DNA from: a virus
Length of the DNA: 64,000 nucleotides
Strand: one strand, 5' to 3'
Virus record (IMG/VR): IMGVR_UViG_3300037466_003379
Location: 40,106-104,105 of that record
Shown piece by piece: positions 35,499 to 44,533 of the stretch (position 1 is the first letter of the stretch; each line of letters begins with the position of its first letter). A model generated the notes under the pieces. That model did not search any database and was not told where the DNA came from. It saw nothing but the letters and a program-made list of their open reading frames with translations. Position numbers and translations under genes: made by a program.

Positions 35499-36607
35499 AC
35501 CTTCCCGGCCGCGCGCATGCGGTCGATCTCGTCCTTCATCGCCTTCGTGCGCTTCGACGCCGGGTAGGCCGTCAGCCGGCGCTTGTAGGCGCCGCCGATG
35601 AACTCGCGGAGCACGAACTCCACGGGGTAGCCGTACGGGTCGACCTTCGCCCGCTGCCGCACGTCCGCGAGCCGCGTGGTGGCCAGCTCGTGCTGCTTCG
35701 GGTCGGTCAGGGTGTCGTCGATCCAGCGCTGCACGCCGTCGAACCCGTCCTGCGTGTACTGGCGGCGCTGGCCCTTCACGTCGAGCTCGGACCAGTACCG
35801 CTCCTGCACCAGCATCTCGGGGAACAGGTCCATGACCTGGTCGTAGAAGACGGGGCTGGTCTCGCGGAGCTTCCCGATCTGCTTCGCGTTCTCCGCGTGC
35901 ACCGGCGTCGACACCCGCAGCGCCTGCCCGGCCCACAGCTGGGCGTCGTAGTGCGGGCAGTAGCGGATCCCCCGGTCGTAGAAGTACCGGAAGATGTCGT
36001 TCTCCTGCCAGTCGAAGATCGGCTTGGCGAGGCTGGCCTTCTTCGTCTTCGTGGCGTTGATGTAGTTCTCGTTCAGCTTCACCGTGCTGGCCTGCCAACG
36101 CACGATCGACTCGGCGGCCCGGATGCCGTTGAGGATCGCGACGCGGCCCTTGAACACGGACGCGGTGACCTCGTCCATGTCGTATTGCGACAGCACCGTC
36201 GACTCGGGGAGCCCGAGGTCGGCGAGGGTGATGGCGTGCTCAGGCTTCGGCCTGATCCACTCCCGGGCCGGGTCCCACTGCAGGTAGTGGTAGGTCTTCC
36301 CGAGGATGAACTTGTTCGACGCCAGCGGGACCGCGAACCACCGCATTCGGACCCAGTCGAGCTGCCGGTACTCGTCGACGAAGTCGAGCACCGCGTCGGG
36401 GATCAGCTCCTCGTCGCGGAAGATGACGTTGACGTGGCCGATGCCCAGCTCGTCCGACACCTCCTTCACGAGGTGCAGGACGGCCAGGGAGTCCTTCCCA
36501 CCGGAGAAGGCGACGACGACCTGGTCAAACAGGTCGTAGATGTGCCGGATGCGGTTCTTCGCCTCCTCCAGCACGTTCGTGTCGATGAACCGCTTGACCC
36601 GGGTCAT
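35495..36607 (-). CDS. PAPS-reductase-family PP-loop protein, IbrA/YbdN-like
   Basis: NVLEEAKNRI, FSGGKDS, FRDEE, GIRAAES.R and PIFDW...DIF. Confidence 0.88.
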   Translation of the reverse strand: MTRVKRFIDTNVLEEAKNRIRHIYDLFDQVVVAFSGGKDSLAVLHLVKEVSDELGIGHVNVIFRDEELIPDAVLDFVDEYRQLDWVRMRWFAVPLASNKFILGKTYHYLQWDPAREWIRPKPEHAITLADLGLPESTVLSQYDMDEVTASVFKGRVAILNGIRAAESIVRWQASTVKLNENYINATKTKKASLAKPIFDWQENDIFRYFYDRGIRYCPHYDAQLWAGQALRVSTPVHAENAKQIGKLRETSPVFYDQVMDLFPEMLVQERYWSELDVKGQRRQYTQDGFDGVQRWIDDTLTDPKQHELATTRLADVRQRAKVDPYGYPVEFVLREFIGGAYKRRLTAYPASKRTKAMKDEIDRMRAAGKV

Positions 36608-37245
36608 CCGAGGTCCAGCCCGCCGAGGTAGGCGTGGATGCGCTCGCCGATGGTCTCCAGGTCCGGGTACTGCCGCCGCAGCCAGCGCATCCACTCGTAG
36701 AAGCGGCTCTGCTGCACCTCGTTGTCGAACACGAGGTTGTAGGCGACCACGGCCTCACCGAGGCCCTTCGACCCGCCGCCCTCGTCGTCGTCCTCGTCGT
36801 CCTCGTCATCCCCCGGGAACGACGGCGGCTCGATGAGTTTCTGCACGTCATCATCGGTGTAGCCGAGGCCGTCGTAGTCGCCCTCGAAGTAGGAGAGCAG
36901 CTGCACGAGGTCGTCGGCGTCGTCGTACCCCAGGCTCGCCTGCCGGTTGTCCGCGACCACGATCCGCCGGGCGAGGTCGTCGTCCATGCGGTGCACCTCG
37001 CAGCGGACGTTCTTGAAGCCCTCCGCCTTGAGGCCCTGGAAGGTGTGGTTCCCGGCCAGGATCCGGAAGCCCTCGGGGCCCCGGTCCTGGACGATCAGGG
37101 CCCGGTACTGGCCGTGCCGGCGCAGCGACTTCCGGAGCTCGGCGACGTTCCCGCGCCGGGCGTTCCCCGGGTACTCGTGCAGCTCGCCGAGCGGAATGCT
37201 CCGCGTCTCGACGAACGTGTCCAGCTCCTCCGTGTTGCTCGCCAC
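36604..37245 (-). CDS. ParB N-terminal-domain protein
   Basis: YPGNARRG...SLRRHGQ...ILAGNH...VADNR. Confidence 0.8.
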   Translation of the reverse strand: MASNTEELDTFVETRSIPLGELHEYPGNARRGNVAELRKSLRRHGQYRALIVQDRGPEGFRILAGNHTFQGLKAEGFKNVRCEVHRMDDDLARRIVVADNRQASLGYDDADDLVQLLSYFEGDYDGLGYTDDDVQKLIEPPSFPGDDEDDEDDDEGGGSKGLGEAVVAYNLVFDNEVQQSRFYEWMRWLRRQYPDLETIGERIHAYLGGLDLG

Positions 37246-37354
37246 GGGGGTCACCTCCTCAGCGGGAGGTCGCACCCCCGCGGTCCAAGTCGTTGATCGC
37301 TGCGCGGGGGCCGCGCGAGGGTGTCCAGAGATCAGAGCCGCAGGCCGTCGGCCT

Positions 37355-37666
37355 TCACGGCACCATCACCGAGTACGTGGCCACCGCCGACGAGATGAGC
37401 CGGATGTACGGCGGCCGCGTCTGGGACCGCACGTACGCGGAGGTGTTGGGCTGGACCAGGATCGTGTCCCCGCCGCCCACAGTGGCCGGGGTGCCGTCCG
37501 TGGTGAAGTACACCGGCGCCGACCCGGAGGTCACGAGGACCTGCACGCACGGGGCAGATGGGAGCGCGACCGAGTCGGTCAGGAACCGCACCGTGTCCTC
37601 GGTGTTCGCGGCCAGGCTCTTGTTATGCACGGCGATGTCGGTCAGGGGCGCGACGTAGTCGGTCAC
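37355..37666 (-). CDS. Small beta-rich protein (possibly virion-associated)
   Basis: VYFTTDGTPATV motif; RBS GAGGAG. Confidence 0.5.
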   Translation of the reverse strand: MTDYVAPLTDIAVHNKSLAANTEDTVRFLTDSVALPSAPCVQVLVTSGSAPVYFTTDGTPATVGGGDTILVQPNTSAYVRSQTRPPYIRLISSAVATYSVMVP

Positions 37667-37866
37667 GGCTGGTGCTCCTCTCGCGCGGCCCGGAGGCCCT
37701 CGGGGACGGTTCCGCGTGCTCGAGCGGCCGCCTTCGCGGCGTCGTAGACGGCGTTCCACGCGGCGTCGGCCGCCCGGTCCGGGTCGGCCTGCTCGGCGAA
37801 CTCGACCGTGACCCGGATCTGCCCGGTGTCGGTGTCGCGGTCGGTCACGACCTTCACGTCGACCAC
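37663..37866 (-). CDS. Small hypothetical protein
   Basis: Overlapping operon gene. Confidence 0.4.
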   Translation of the reverse strand: MVDVKVVTDRDTDTGQIRVTVEFAEQADPDRAADAAWNAVYDAAKAAARARGTVPEGLRAAREEHQP

Positions 37867-38060
37867 CTGACCTGCACGTTCCCGGCGGTAGCCGACGTCG
37901 ACCAGGTGCGCGTTGTGGCGGTCAGATGGGCCCGCAGCGCGTCAGCAGTGGCCGCGAGGTTGTCCGCTTCCCGGGTCAGGTCGAGGAACTCCAGCGGGCC
38001 GCTGCGGGCCGCCGGCTCGGGGTCCGGGTCGGGGGTCGCGACGAGGGTGTCAGCGGGCAT
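37854..38060 (-). CDS. Small hypothetical protein
   Basis: Overlapping operon gene. Confidence 0.35.
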   Translation of the reverse strand: MPADTLVATPDPDPEPAARSGPLEFLDLTREADNLAATADALRAHLTATTRTWSTSATAGNVQVRWST

Positions 38061-38174
38061 CTCGCCACCACCCGGGCCCGTACAGCAGGGTCGCCGTGTA
38101 GAGCGCTGCCGCCGCGGTGCCTGCCCGCCACGGCGGGAGGACGACGCCGAGGTACTTCTCCCACAGCCACAGCT

Positions 38175-38612
38175 TCACGACGCCACCCCCAGTCCGAGAG
38201 ACGCGGCCGCGGCGAGGCCGCCGGAGGCGACCAGCACGGCGAGGGTCGTGGCGTAGGAGCGGACGCGGCCGCGCGCGGTCGCGCGGAGCTCGGAGATCCC
38301 GACGACGATCCCGACGGCCAGGACGCCGGCCACGGTGAGGCCGGGCCAGCCGGGCAGCAGCGCGACCGGCACCGCGGGGGCGGCGGACCCGGCGAGGGTC
38401 GCGCCGCCCATCACCGCGGCGCCTCGCGGCGACCCGGCGGACAGGTAGTCCCCGGATGCCATCCCGACCGCGGAGGCGATCGCGAGGCCGACGGTGGCGG
38501 CCAGGACGGTGAGCGGGGGAGTGTGCGCGGCGAGGAGACCGGCGAGGACGCCGACGAGGCTGGTCAGGCCGTCGAACGCGCCGAACACCAGCCGCGAGGT
38601 CTCCGTGCGCAC
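38175..38612 (-). CDS. VIT1/CCC1-family membrane protein (short form)
   Basis: VFGAFDGL...GL...A.GMASGDYLS signature; about 5 TM segments. Confidence 0.72.
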   Translation of the reverse strand: MRTETSRLVFGAFDGLTSLVGVLAGLLAAHTPPLTVLAATVGLAIASAVGMASGDYLSAGSPRGAAVMGGATLAGSAAPAVPVALLPGWPGLTVAGVLAVGIVVGISELRATARGRVRSYATTLAVLVASGGLAAAASLGLGVAS

Positions 38613-38613
38613 C

Positions 38614-39315
38614 TCAGACGACGGTGAAGCTGGTGACGTCGCCGCCCTGCGACAGCAGGTACTTGAAGTCCGCGTAGGACAGCCAGCCCCAGCCCTTCGC
38701 GCCCCAGCTGGTGCCCCAGGAGTTGGCGAACCGGACGCGCTGAGCTGCCGGGTCGATGCCGTCCACGCACACCTGGTGGCCGCCCGCGAGCCCGGAGTGC
38801 GGGTCGACCTTCACGACGCCGTGGGAGTCGGGCTCGAACATCGAGTTGAACCACGGCACGCCGATCGTGACCGGCTTCGAGGCGATCGCGGCGAGCGCCG
38901 TGGTCGCGGTGAACGCGTGCATGTACCCGGAGATCAGGCCGCGCGCCTTGAGCGCCTTCGCCGAGTACAGCCCGGTGGAGCCGGTGTCGTCCGGCGGGTA
39001 GTGGCCGGGGATCTCCCGGTCGTCGATCAGGGTTTCCTCGTGGTACAGCTCGACGGCGTCGGTCTCGCTGTAGACCTTGCCGCGCCAGTTCGGGCCGGTC
39101 ACGAGGACGCCCAGGGCGGCGTTCGCCGTGCACGAGCCGATCTGGCCCTGGTCGAAGATCGGCACGTGCCGGGTGTGCAGCACGGTCTGCACCGGCAGGA
39201 TCGTGCTGGTCAGCGCGAAGCCGCGGGAGCGGGGGTCGTGCACCTGGTGACGGCCGAGACGGCTGTCGGTGCGCTCGAAGACGTGGACGTCCACGGAGTG
39301 GTCCTCCTCAGGCAT
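38614..39315 (-). CDS. Papain-like (C1) cysteine peptidase
   Basis: DQGQIGSC, GGHQV and NSWGTSWG..G catalytic motifs. Confidence 0.88.
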   Translation of the reverse strand: MPEEDHSVDVHVFERTDSRLGRHQVHDPRSRGFALTSTILPVQTVLHTRHVPIFDQGQIGSCTANAALGVLVTGPNWRGKVYSETDAVELYHEETLIDDREIPGHYPPDDTGSTGLYSAKALKARGLISGYMHAFTATTALAAIASKPVTIGVPWFNSMFEPDSHGVVKVDPHSGLAGGHQVCVDGIDPAAQRVRFANSWGTSWGAKGWGWLSYADFKYLLSQGGDVTSFTVV

Positions 39316-39364
39316 GGCGAGACCCGGCCCCTCTGCGATGGGGTCGGGCCGATCGGGGGTCGGG

Positions 39365-42300
39365 TCAGGCCTCGGACGGTGTGCCGGCGGTCAGCCCGGT
39401 GGTCACGGTCGGTGCGCCAGCGATCAGGCCGACGACAAGCGGAAGCCCAGCGGCCAGCCCAGCGGTCACGGTCGGTGCGCCCGCGGTCAGCCCACCGGTC
39501 TCGACCGGTGTGCCTGCGGTCAGCCCGCCGGTGACCAGCGGGGTCCCGGCGTGCAGCTCCCGTATCGCGGACCGCACGGCCGCCAGCGCAGTGAGTCCGC
39601 CGAGGAGCGCGGCCGCGCTCGCGGCGAGGGACTTCCGGGCGGCCGCGCCTGCGGCGAGCTGCCCGAGGTGGGCGACCGCGGCGGCCAGGACGAGGGTCTC
39701 CGCGGTGGCGGACGCGGTGAGCGAGCCGAGCGGAGCCGCCGCCGCGCCGAGCGCGGTCGGGGTGGCGGCGGCGAGCGCGACGACCGGGCCGAGGAGCGCG
39801 GCCGCCGTGCCGGGCCGGATGGATTCCGCGGCTGCGTGCCCGATGAGCGACCCGAGCGGTGCGACAGCAGCCGCTCCGCCCTTCCGCACCGCTGTCGCAG
39901 CCCCGGACAGGGCACCGAGGGCTGCCGTCGCGGATCCGGAGTGCTTCACGGCGGCGGTCGCGGTGGCGGTGAAGCCGAACGCGCCCACCGCACCGGCGGT
40001 GACCTTGACCGACGCCGAGCTCGCGGCGACGAGCCGGCCCAGCGGGGCCGCAGCGGTCGCCTGCACGGTCGGGGTCGCCCCGGCGTGCCCGCCCAGCCCG
40101 CCGAGCGGCGCCGTAGCCGAGGCCGAGCCGCCCGTGGCCGCCGACGCGTGGGCGGTGAACCCGAACGACGCCGCAGCGGACGCCCCGACCTGAACTCGAG
40201 CAGCCGCAGCAGCGGCGAGAGATCCGAGCGATGCGGCAGCTGCCGCCTGGCCCCGCGGTGTCGCCGACGCGGTACCGGTGAGCCCGCCGAGCGGAGCCGA
40301 CGCGGAAGCGGCCCGGGTGGTCCGGGCCGCGGCCGAGGCTGCGAACTGGAGCGGCGCCGTGGCGGACGCCGTGTGCTTCTGGGTCGCCGACGCGGTCGCG
40401 GCGAGCGGCCCGAGAGCTGCCGTCCCGGTAGCGAGCTTCGACCCGCTGCTTGACGCGGCTGCGACGAGCCCGCCCAGCGGGGCTGCCGCGGTCGCGGCCC
40501 GCGCAACGGTCGCGTGTCCCGTCCCCGTGAGCCCGCCGAGCAGAGCGGCCGCCGTGGCAGCCCCGGTCCGGACCGCGCTGGCGTGCGCGGTGAGCGGCCC
40601 GAGGGCGCCGGTCCCGGTGGCCGGGTGGGTGAGCTTCGCGGACGCAGCCGCGGTGAGCGCGCCGAGCGCGGCCGCCGCAGCGGCCCGGACCTGCGGGGTC
40701 GCTGTGGCGTGCCCGGTGAGCGCGCCCAGCGGTGCCGCCGCGGAGCCGGTGCCTGTCCTGGTCGCCGCAGCCGCGCCGGTGAAGACGAGGATCGCGGCGG
40801 CCGAGGCCCGCACGGTGGGCGTGGCTGATGCGGTGGCGTGGAGCGTGCCGAGCGGGGCGGCAGCGGTGGCCTGCACCGTCGGGACGGCGTTGGCGTGGCC
40901 GGTCAGCGCTCCAAGGGGGGCGGCCGCGGTCGCGGTCCACTCCTCGATCGCCGTCGCGTGGCCGGTCAGCGGCCCGAGCGCGGCAGTGGCGGCCGCGGGC
41001 ACCGTGACGGCGGCCGTGGCGTGCCCGACGAGCGAGCCGAGCGGTGCCGCGGCGGACGCCCGGACGGTGACGGCGGCGGCGGCCGTGGCGGCGAGCTGCC
41101 CGAGTGGTGCCGTCGCGGTCGCCCGCACCTGCGGTGTCGCGGTTGCTGCTGCGGTGAGCCCGCCGAGGGCGGCCGCAGCCGACCCGGTGGTCGTTCGGCC
41201 CGCGTTGGCGTGCGCGGTGAACACGAACGGTGCAGCCGCGATGGCCGGCACCTTCACCGACGCGTTGGCGTGGCCGACAAGCTGGCCGAGCGGCGCCGCA
41301 GCGGTCGCGTTCACCAGGGGCTTCGCGGTCGCCGTAGCTGCCAGCGCGCCGAGCGGCGCCGAGGCGGAGCCGGTGACCTTCGGCGTCGCCGAGGCCTGCG
41401 CGACGAACCCGAACGAGGCCGCAGCGGAACCGTTGACGCGCACCGAGGCGGCGGCCGTGCCCGTGAGCCCGCCCAGGGGGGCTGACGCGCTGGCGCGCAC
41501 CTGAGGCGTCGCTGTGGCGGTCGCAGCGAGCCCGCCGAGCGGGGCCGACGCGGTCGCGGCCCACTGGCGGTGAGCCGCAGCTGCACCGGTCAGCGACCCG
41601 AGGGGCGCGGACGCGGCCGCGGAGACCTTCGGCAGCGCTGTGGCGCTACCGGACAGTCCGCCGAGGGGTGCGGCCGCGGTCGCCTTGACCGTCGGCACGG
41701 CGGTCGCGGTCGCCGACAGCCCGCCCAGGGGAGCACTCGCGGATCCGGTGACCGTCGCGGCCGTCGAGCCGACGAACAGCGCGCCCTGGCTGGTGTACTG
41801 GGCGCTGACGCTCTGGGTGGCCGTCGCCGTCACCGAGCTGCTGGTGAAGGCGAGGTTGTAGGCGCGGACAGCCGTGAAATAGGTGTCGATGTTGAAGGTG
41901 TAGCCAGTCCCGCTGCCGCCGGAGCCGGTGCCGCTCGTGACGCAGTACCCGACGTAGAGGGCCGAGGTCACGCCCGAGAGCAGGGACGGCTTCTGGAACG
42001 ACATCGTGGTCGACGCCGCGCCGTTCGCCCCCGAGTAGTTGTTGACCGTCCAGTTCGTCCCGGAGCCGAGACCAGCGCTGTAGAAGTCCGCCGAGATCTC
42101 GCAGTTGCCCGGGGTGCCCGTGCGCGTGACCGAGATCGTTTTCCCGGTCCCCACGCTGTTGATCTTGCCCGCCCAGAACGTCACCGTCGTGACGGCGCCC
42201 GACGAGCTGCTCTGCCGAGTACCGACGAGCGTCAGCCCGGCCGACCCGTCGATCCCGCCCGCCGCGGTGCAGGTGACCGCCGTCGCCCAGCTGGTCGCCG

Positions 42301-42427
42301 ACGACGTCGCATCGGTGACGACGATCAGGTCGCCCAGCGCGGTCGCGCTGGTGGAGATCGACAGGGATGTGACCGGCTGGGTGACGTTCCCGGTCGCCGT
42401 GAACGTGCCCTTGTGGGTGTACGCCAC
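39365..42427 (-). CDS. 1020-aa fibre-like protein with roughly 35 Ala-rich 21-aa repeats
   Basis: Repeat unit like xVxAxAAAPLGxLxxxAxAxP; N-terminal beta domain; C-terminal 11-aa GLTAGxP repeats. Confidence 0.75.
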   Translation of the reverse strand: MAYTHKGTFTATGNVTQPVTSLSISTSATALGDLIVVTDATSSATSWATAVTCTAAGGIDGSAGLTLVGTRQSSSSGAVTTVTFWAGKINSVGTGKTISVTRTGTPGNCEISADFYSAGLGSGTNWTVNNYSGANGAASTTMSFQKPSLLSGVTSALYVGYCVTSGTGSGGSGTGYTFNIDTYFTAVRAYNLAFTSSSVTATATQSVSAQYTSQGALFVGSTAATVTGSASAPLGGLSATATAVPTVKATAAAPLGGLSGSATALPKVSAAASAPLGSLTGAAAAHRQWAATASAPLGGLAATATATPQVRASASAPLGGLTGTAAASVRVNGSAAASFGFVAQASATPKVTGSASAPLGALAATATAKPLVNATAAAPLGQLVGHANASVKVPAIAAAPFVFTAHANAGRTTTGSAAAALGGLTAAATATPQVRATATAPLGQLAATAAAAVTVRASAAAPLGSLVGHATAAVTVPAAATAALGPLTGHATAIEEWTATAAAPLGALTGHANAVPTVQATAAAPLGTLHATASATPTVRASAAAILVFTGAAAATRTGTGSAAAPLGALTGHATATPQVRAAAAAALGALTAAASAKLTHPATGTGALGPLTAHASAVRTGAATAAALLGGLTGTGHATVARAATAAAPLGGLVAAASSSGSKLATGTAALGPLAATASATQKHTASATAPLQFAASAAARTTRAASASAPLGGLTGTASATPRGQAAAAASLGSLAAAAAARVQVGASAAASFGFTAHASAATGGSASATAPLGGLGGHAGATPTVQATAAAPLGRLVAASSASVKVTAGAVGAFGFTATATAAVKHSGSATAALGALSGAATAVRKGGAAAVAPLGSLIGHAAAESIRPGTAAALLGPVVALAAATPTALGAAAAPLGSLTASATAETLVLAAAVAHLGQLAAGAAARKSLAASAAALLGGLTALAAVRSAIRELHAGTPLVTGGLTAGTPVETGGLTAGAPTVTAGLAAGLPLVVGLIAGAPTVTTGLTAGTPSEA

Positions 42428-42509
42428 CGAGCCACCCCCGATCGGATCCGGAGGGGCTCGGGGCGGGTGCAGGCCGGGGCCGGGGAGCGGCCCCGGCCTG
42501 CGGAGGGGC

Positions 42510-42896
42510 TCAGGAAGCCGTTGTGAAGGACGCGGTCAGCTGGCCGCTGGGGATCGTGTAGGTGTCGCCCGCGTTGTACGGGTTCGCCGTGATCGACCCG
42601 GACCAGCCGAAGTTCCCGGCGCCCGCGGTCACCGAGTCCCAGGCCGTGAAGTCCGTGGCGTCCTGCGACCCGGCGATCGACGTCCAGGTCAGGTCCACGT
42701 TCGACGCCTGCGAGCCACCCGAGGCCGCGGCGAAGGTCGCGGCCTTCCGGCTGGTCTCGGTGGCGACCGCCGTCGTGCCCGCAGCACCGGGCGCCGCAGT
42801 GTGCAGCTGGATGTTCTTGTAGGTGCCGGTGAGCCCGCCGGTGACCGCGCTGCCGAGCAGGGCGTTCGCGGCCCCGGTCGAGAGTCCGTCAGCCAT
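42510..42896 (-). CDS. Small tail-fibre-associated protein
   Basis: ANALL...QLHTAAPG...R...F...WD...AGNF...GDTYTIPSGQL pattern of phage virion proteins. Confidence 0.65.
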   Translation of the reverse strand: MADGLSTGAANALLGSAVTGGLTGTYKNIQLHTAAPGAAGTTAVATETSRKAATFAAASGGSQASNVDLTWTSIAGSQDATDFTAWDSVTAGAGNFGWSGSITANPYNAGDTYTIPSGQLTASFTTAS

Positions 42897-42899
42897 GTC

Positions 42900-43178
42900 T
42901 CAGTTCCCCTCTCCGGGCTCGACCACGGCCTCCTGGCCGGGGTGGTGGAGGCCGCGGGCGCGGAGATGGAGCAGGTGGGCTCGCAGCTCGTCGCCCTTCT
43001 TCCCCTTCGCGTCCTTGATCTGGTGGGCGCAGATCTCGCAGCCGGCCTTGATCGCGTGGCAGTCCATGTGCCACCCGATCTCCTCGCCCTGGAACACGTG
43101 GCGGGGGTGGTTGTCGATCTGGTCGCAGCCCTTGCAGGCGCGCACGAACGGCGCGGGCGGCAACGCGGTGTCAGCCAT
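42900..43178 (-). CDS. Small zinc-binding protein
   Basis: CxxC...HPRH...HMDC...CxxC. Confidence 0.55.
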   Translation of the reverse strand: MADTALPPAPFVRACKGCDQIDNHPRHVFQGEEIGWHMDCHAIKAGCEICAHQIKDAKGKKGDELRAHLLHLRARGLHHPGQEAVVEPGEGN

Positions 43179-43206
43179 TCCTTCTCCTTATCGCCTGGTC
43201 AGGCGG

Positions 43207-43563
43207 CTATCGGGTGGTTTCCGGGGAGACGGACACGCGGCCTTCCGCGAGCCTCCACACGGTCTCGGGGTTCGCCGCGGGGTCGGCCAGCTCGACGGAG
43301 TAGACGCCCAACGTGAAGTCCCACGCCGACGATGTGGCGGCCGGGACGGTCAGGGTGACCGTCCGGTCGTCGGTGCTCACGACGATCCCGTTCGGTGGGG
43401 TCGCGAAGTCGTAGAGCAGGACCGCGTCGCCGGGGGAGCGGCGGATCTGGGCGCGCGCCGTCAGTCCGGTGACGTCGGCGGGCGTCCCGGCGGCGTCGCG
43501 GACCGGGAAGCTGATCTGGTAGGTCGCGCCGGCGTCGATCGACAGGTTGTGCTGCAGCGCCAT
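43207..43563 (-). CDS. BppU/LtfC-like Ig-fold fibre adaptor
   Basis: IDAGAT...DVTGLTARAQIR...YSVEL...RLAEGRVSVSPE. Confidence 0.68.
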   Translation of the reverse strand: MALQHNLSIDAGATYQISFPVRDAAGTPADVTGLTARAQIRRSPGDAVLLYDFATPPNGIVVSTDDRTVTLTVPAATSSAWDFTLGVYSVELADPAANPETVWRLAEGRVSVSPETTR

Positions 43564-43607
43564 GCGGGCACCTCCTTTGCAGGTCAGCGCCCGGGGGCGG
43601 GCATGAC

Positions 43608-43642
43608 GAAGGCCCGCCACCCTTCCCCGGTGGCGGGCCTTC
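43608..43642. terminator. Terminator hairpin
   Basis: GAAGGCCCGCCACC...GGTGGCGGGCCTTC. Confidence 0.65.
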
Positions 43643-43770
43643 GAAGATCAGTTGTGCGGGCTGGTCAGTGGCGAGGGAACGTCCCCTGCAGGTGCTCACG
43701 GGCGCGTTCGACGGCGGCGATGAGGAAGCCTGCTGCCCCGAACAGGGCGAGGATCGTGTTGGTCAACCTT

Positions 43771-44037
43771 CTACTCCCGTTCGTGCTCGTGCGGTGGGTC
43801 GTGCTCGTCGCGGACGATCCGCAGATCGGGCCGCTTCGGTGGCATGGCTCGTAGCTCGTCGAGCAGCGTCTCGACCTGGCGGCGCTTCTCGCCCGTGAGG
43901 CTGTCGCGTGTGCGTTCGAGGTCGGCGATCATCTCGTCGTACCCCTCCTGCGGGGTGAGCCCGCGGGCGGATGGGGCGGCTGACGCCGGCCAGCGGTAGC
44001 TCTCCGTGGGCAGGTCGGGGCTCTCGTCGTCGCTCAC
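43771..44037 (-). CDS. Hypothetical protein
   Basis: GTGA overlap; helical, acidic. Confidence 0.45.
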   Translation of the reverse strand: MSDDESPDLPTESYRWPASAAPSARGLTPQEGYDEMIADLERTRDSLTGEKRRQVETLLDELRAMPPKRPDLRIVRDEHDPPHEHERE

Positions 44038-44300
44038 CGGCTTGCCTCCCGGACCCGCGTCAGCCAGGACACGACCGTACCGATCGTCGGCTCGTCCAAT
44101 CCGGCGAGCCAGTCGATCATCCGGCGGTCGTAGGCGCCCAGCTCGACGCCGTCGAGGGCCGCCTCGATCGCTGCGACCCGGGCGGCGATGCGGTTCTCCC
44201 GCCACCGCTCGGTGTCCGGGTCGTAGGGCTGCTGGCGCGGGTACTGGTCGAAGGGCGGACGGAAGTTCTTCGGCGCCTCCTCGAGCGGACCGGTGCTCAT
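44034..44300 (-). CDS. Hypothetical actinophage protein
   Basis: GVELGAYDRRMIDWLAG...TVVSWL motif; ATGA overlap. Confidence 0.55.
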   Translation of the reverse strand: MSTGPLEEAPKNFRPPFDQYPRQQPYDPDTERWRENRIAARVAAIEAALDGVELGAYDRRMIDWLAGLDEPTIGTVVSWLTRVREASR

Positions 44301-44533
44301 CGCTCCATCCTCACCCAGTGCGAGAGCATCGGGCCTGGCACGGAGGCGTGGACGACCGGGATCCCGTACAGCGCGGCGCACCCCGGGAGCACGTCGTCCG
44401 GCAGAACCCACGTCACGTCATCGAGGAGCGCCTGCTCTCGCAGCCTCTGGATCGTGGAGATGCCCGCGACGAGCAGCGCCCGGGCCTGGTCCTCCTGAGC
44501 CGTGACTAGCCTCATGACCTCGTCGCTGATCAC
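44297..44533 (-). CDS. Hypothetical protein
   Basis: Overlaps the recombinase stop and the next start. Confidence 0.45.
   Translation of the reverse strand: MISDEVMRLVTAQEDQARALLVAGISTIQRLREQALLDDVTWVLPDDVLPGCAALYGIPVVHASVPGPMLSHWVRMER

Noticed and set aside
39365-41800. CRISPR-like periodicity (about 63 bp)
   Set aside because: The repeats are degenerate at codon third positions and lie inside one long ORF; no cas genes.
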